Source of the DNA: Seison nebaliae
Lineage: Eukaryota
Assembly (NCBI GenBank): GCA_023231475.1
Contig: JALJEE010000092.1
Location: forward strand, 62,001-85,377
Length of the DNA stretch: 23,377 nt
Direction of reading: 5' to 3'
Below the pieces are notes generated by a model that ran no database searches, was not told where the DNA came from, and saw nothing but the letters and a program-made list of their open reading frames with translations. Below are positions 22,760-23,377 of this stretch, in pieces (positions within the stretch are counted from its first letter, which is position 1; the number at the start of each line of letters is the position of its first letter). A program made the position numbers and the translations under genes.

Positions 22760-23377
22760 ATGTGGAATACAATCACTGCTCATGAGTCGGAACAACGTAC
22801 AAAAAGTAGAATCGTATATGATAAAATTGTCGGAAGATTGAACAAATTGAGGAGTTGGTGTTATTTATGAAATTCCTAATTTGTCTAAATTACCAATTGT
22901 TCTATTTACAGAGTCCATGGTCTTGGTTAGGACTGGAATTCGGAAAAAATTACCAACGAGTTAGTAACTTTAAAGATTGGTTTCATAATTTTTGTTTTTA
23001 GAACCACCACGACGAGTTGTGCCATTACGAACTGTTTCGGCATCGTCTTGTGGTTAGTATTTTTTAAATTTAGATCTTATACTTTGTTTAATCAGGCTTA
23101 ACGTCGGAAGTTACTTCCCAAGAAATAGAAGATGTTGAATTATTTTCTATTCAAAATTTCATAATTCTTCTAATCCAACAGGCTAAGGAATGGACAAGAG
23201 ACGACGAAATTTCGGTCAACAAAATCAGTAGAATAAGAGAGTATTGGAACAAGAAACTAATTGGACTAAAGGAAGTTAGTAAAACTAAAATTTCTAACCA
23301 TAATTAATCATTTCGTTTTAGAGCTTATCGACATATGTAGCCCGGAGAGCTAACAGTGGAAGTGAAAATAATAATCA
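22760..23377 (+). CDS. 5' part of a multi-exon gene of unknown function; exons 22760-22853, 22912-22959, 23002-23052, 23096-23133, 23182-23274, 23322->23377
   Basis: Five GT..AG introns (58, 42, 43, 48, 47 nt) keep one frame: MWNTITAHESEQRTKSRIVYDKIVGRLNKLRKSMVLVRTGIRKKLPTKPPRRVVPLRTVSASSCGLTSEVTSQEIEDAKEWTRDDEISVNKISRIREYWNKKLIGLKESLSTYVARRANSGSENNN. CTAAY branch-like motifs occur in several. A further 47-nt 5'UTR intron is likely at 22712-22758. Confidence 0.8.

Overview
AT-rich eukaryotic genomic DNA, probably from an invertebrate animal, judged from its spliceosomal introns, LINE/hAT relics and RFX-type motif. The organism cannot be fixed from sequence alone. No prokaryotic features, RNA genes or CRISPR arrays were seen. 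Layout: (i) about 6.4 kb of mostly non-coding sequence with a near-perfect RFX X-box at 5739-5752; (ii) a single-exon 1920-aa low-complexity ORF (6412-12174, +); (iii) a dead LINE AP-endonuclease fragment (about 13239-13790); (iv) a convergent pair of unknown genes (14160-14876 +, and 17738-15199 - with a small 3' intron the ORF track misses); (v) a roughly 4-kb mosaic of truncated transposon pieces (hAT transposase, LINE reverse transcriptase, and tentatively a CACTA/EnSpm C-terminus and a BEN-protein-like N-terminus); (vi) a gene absent from the ORF track (22760 to window end, +) split by 42-58 nt introns. All seven small introns I inferred in the host-like genes start GTT rather than GTA/GTG. 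All family calls come from motif recognition by eye, not database searches.
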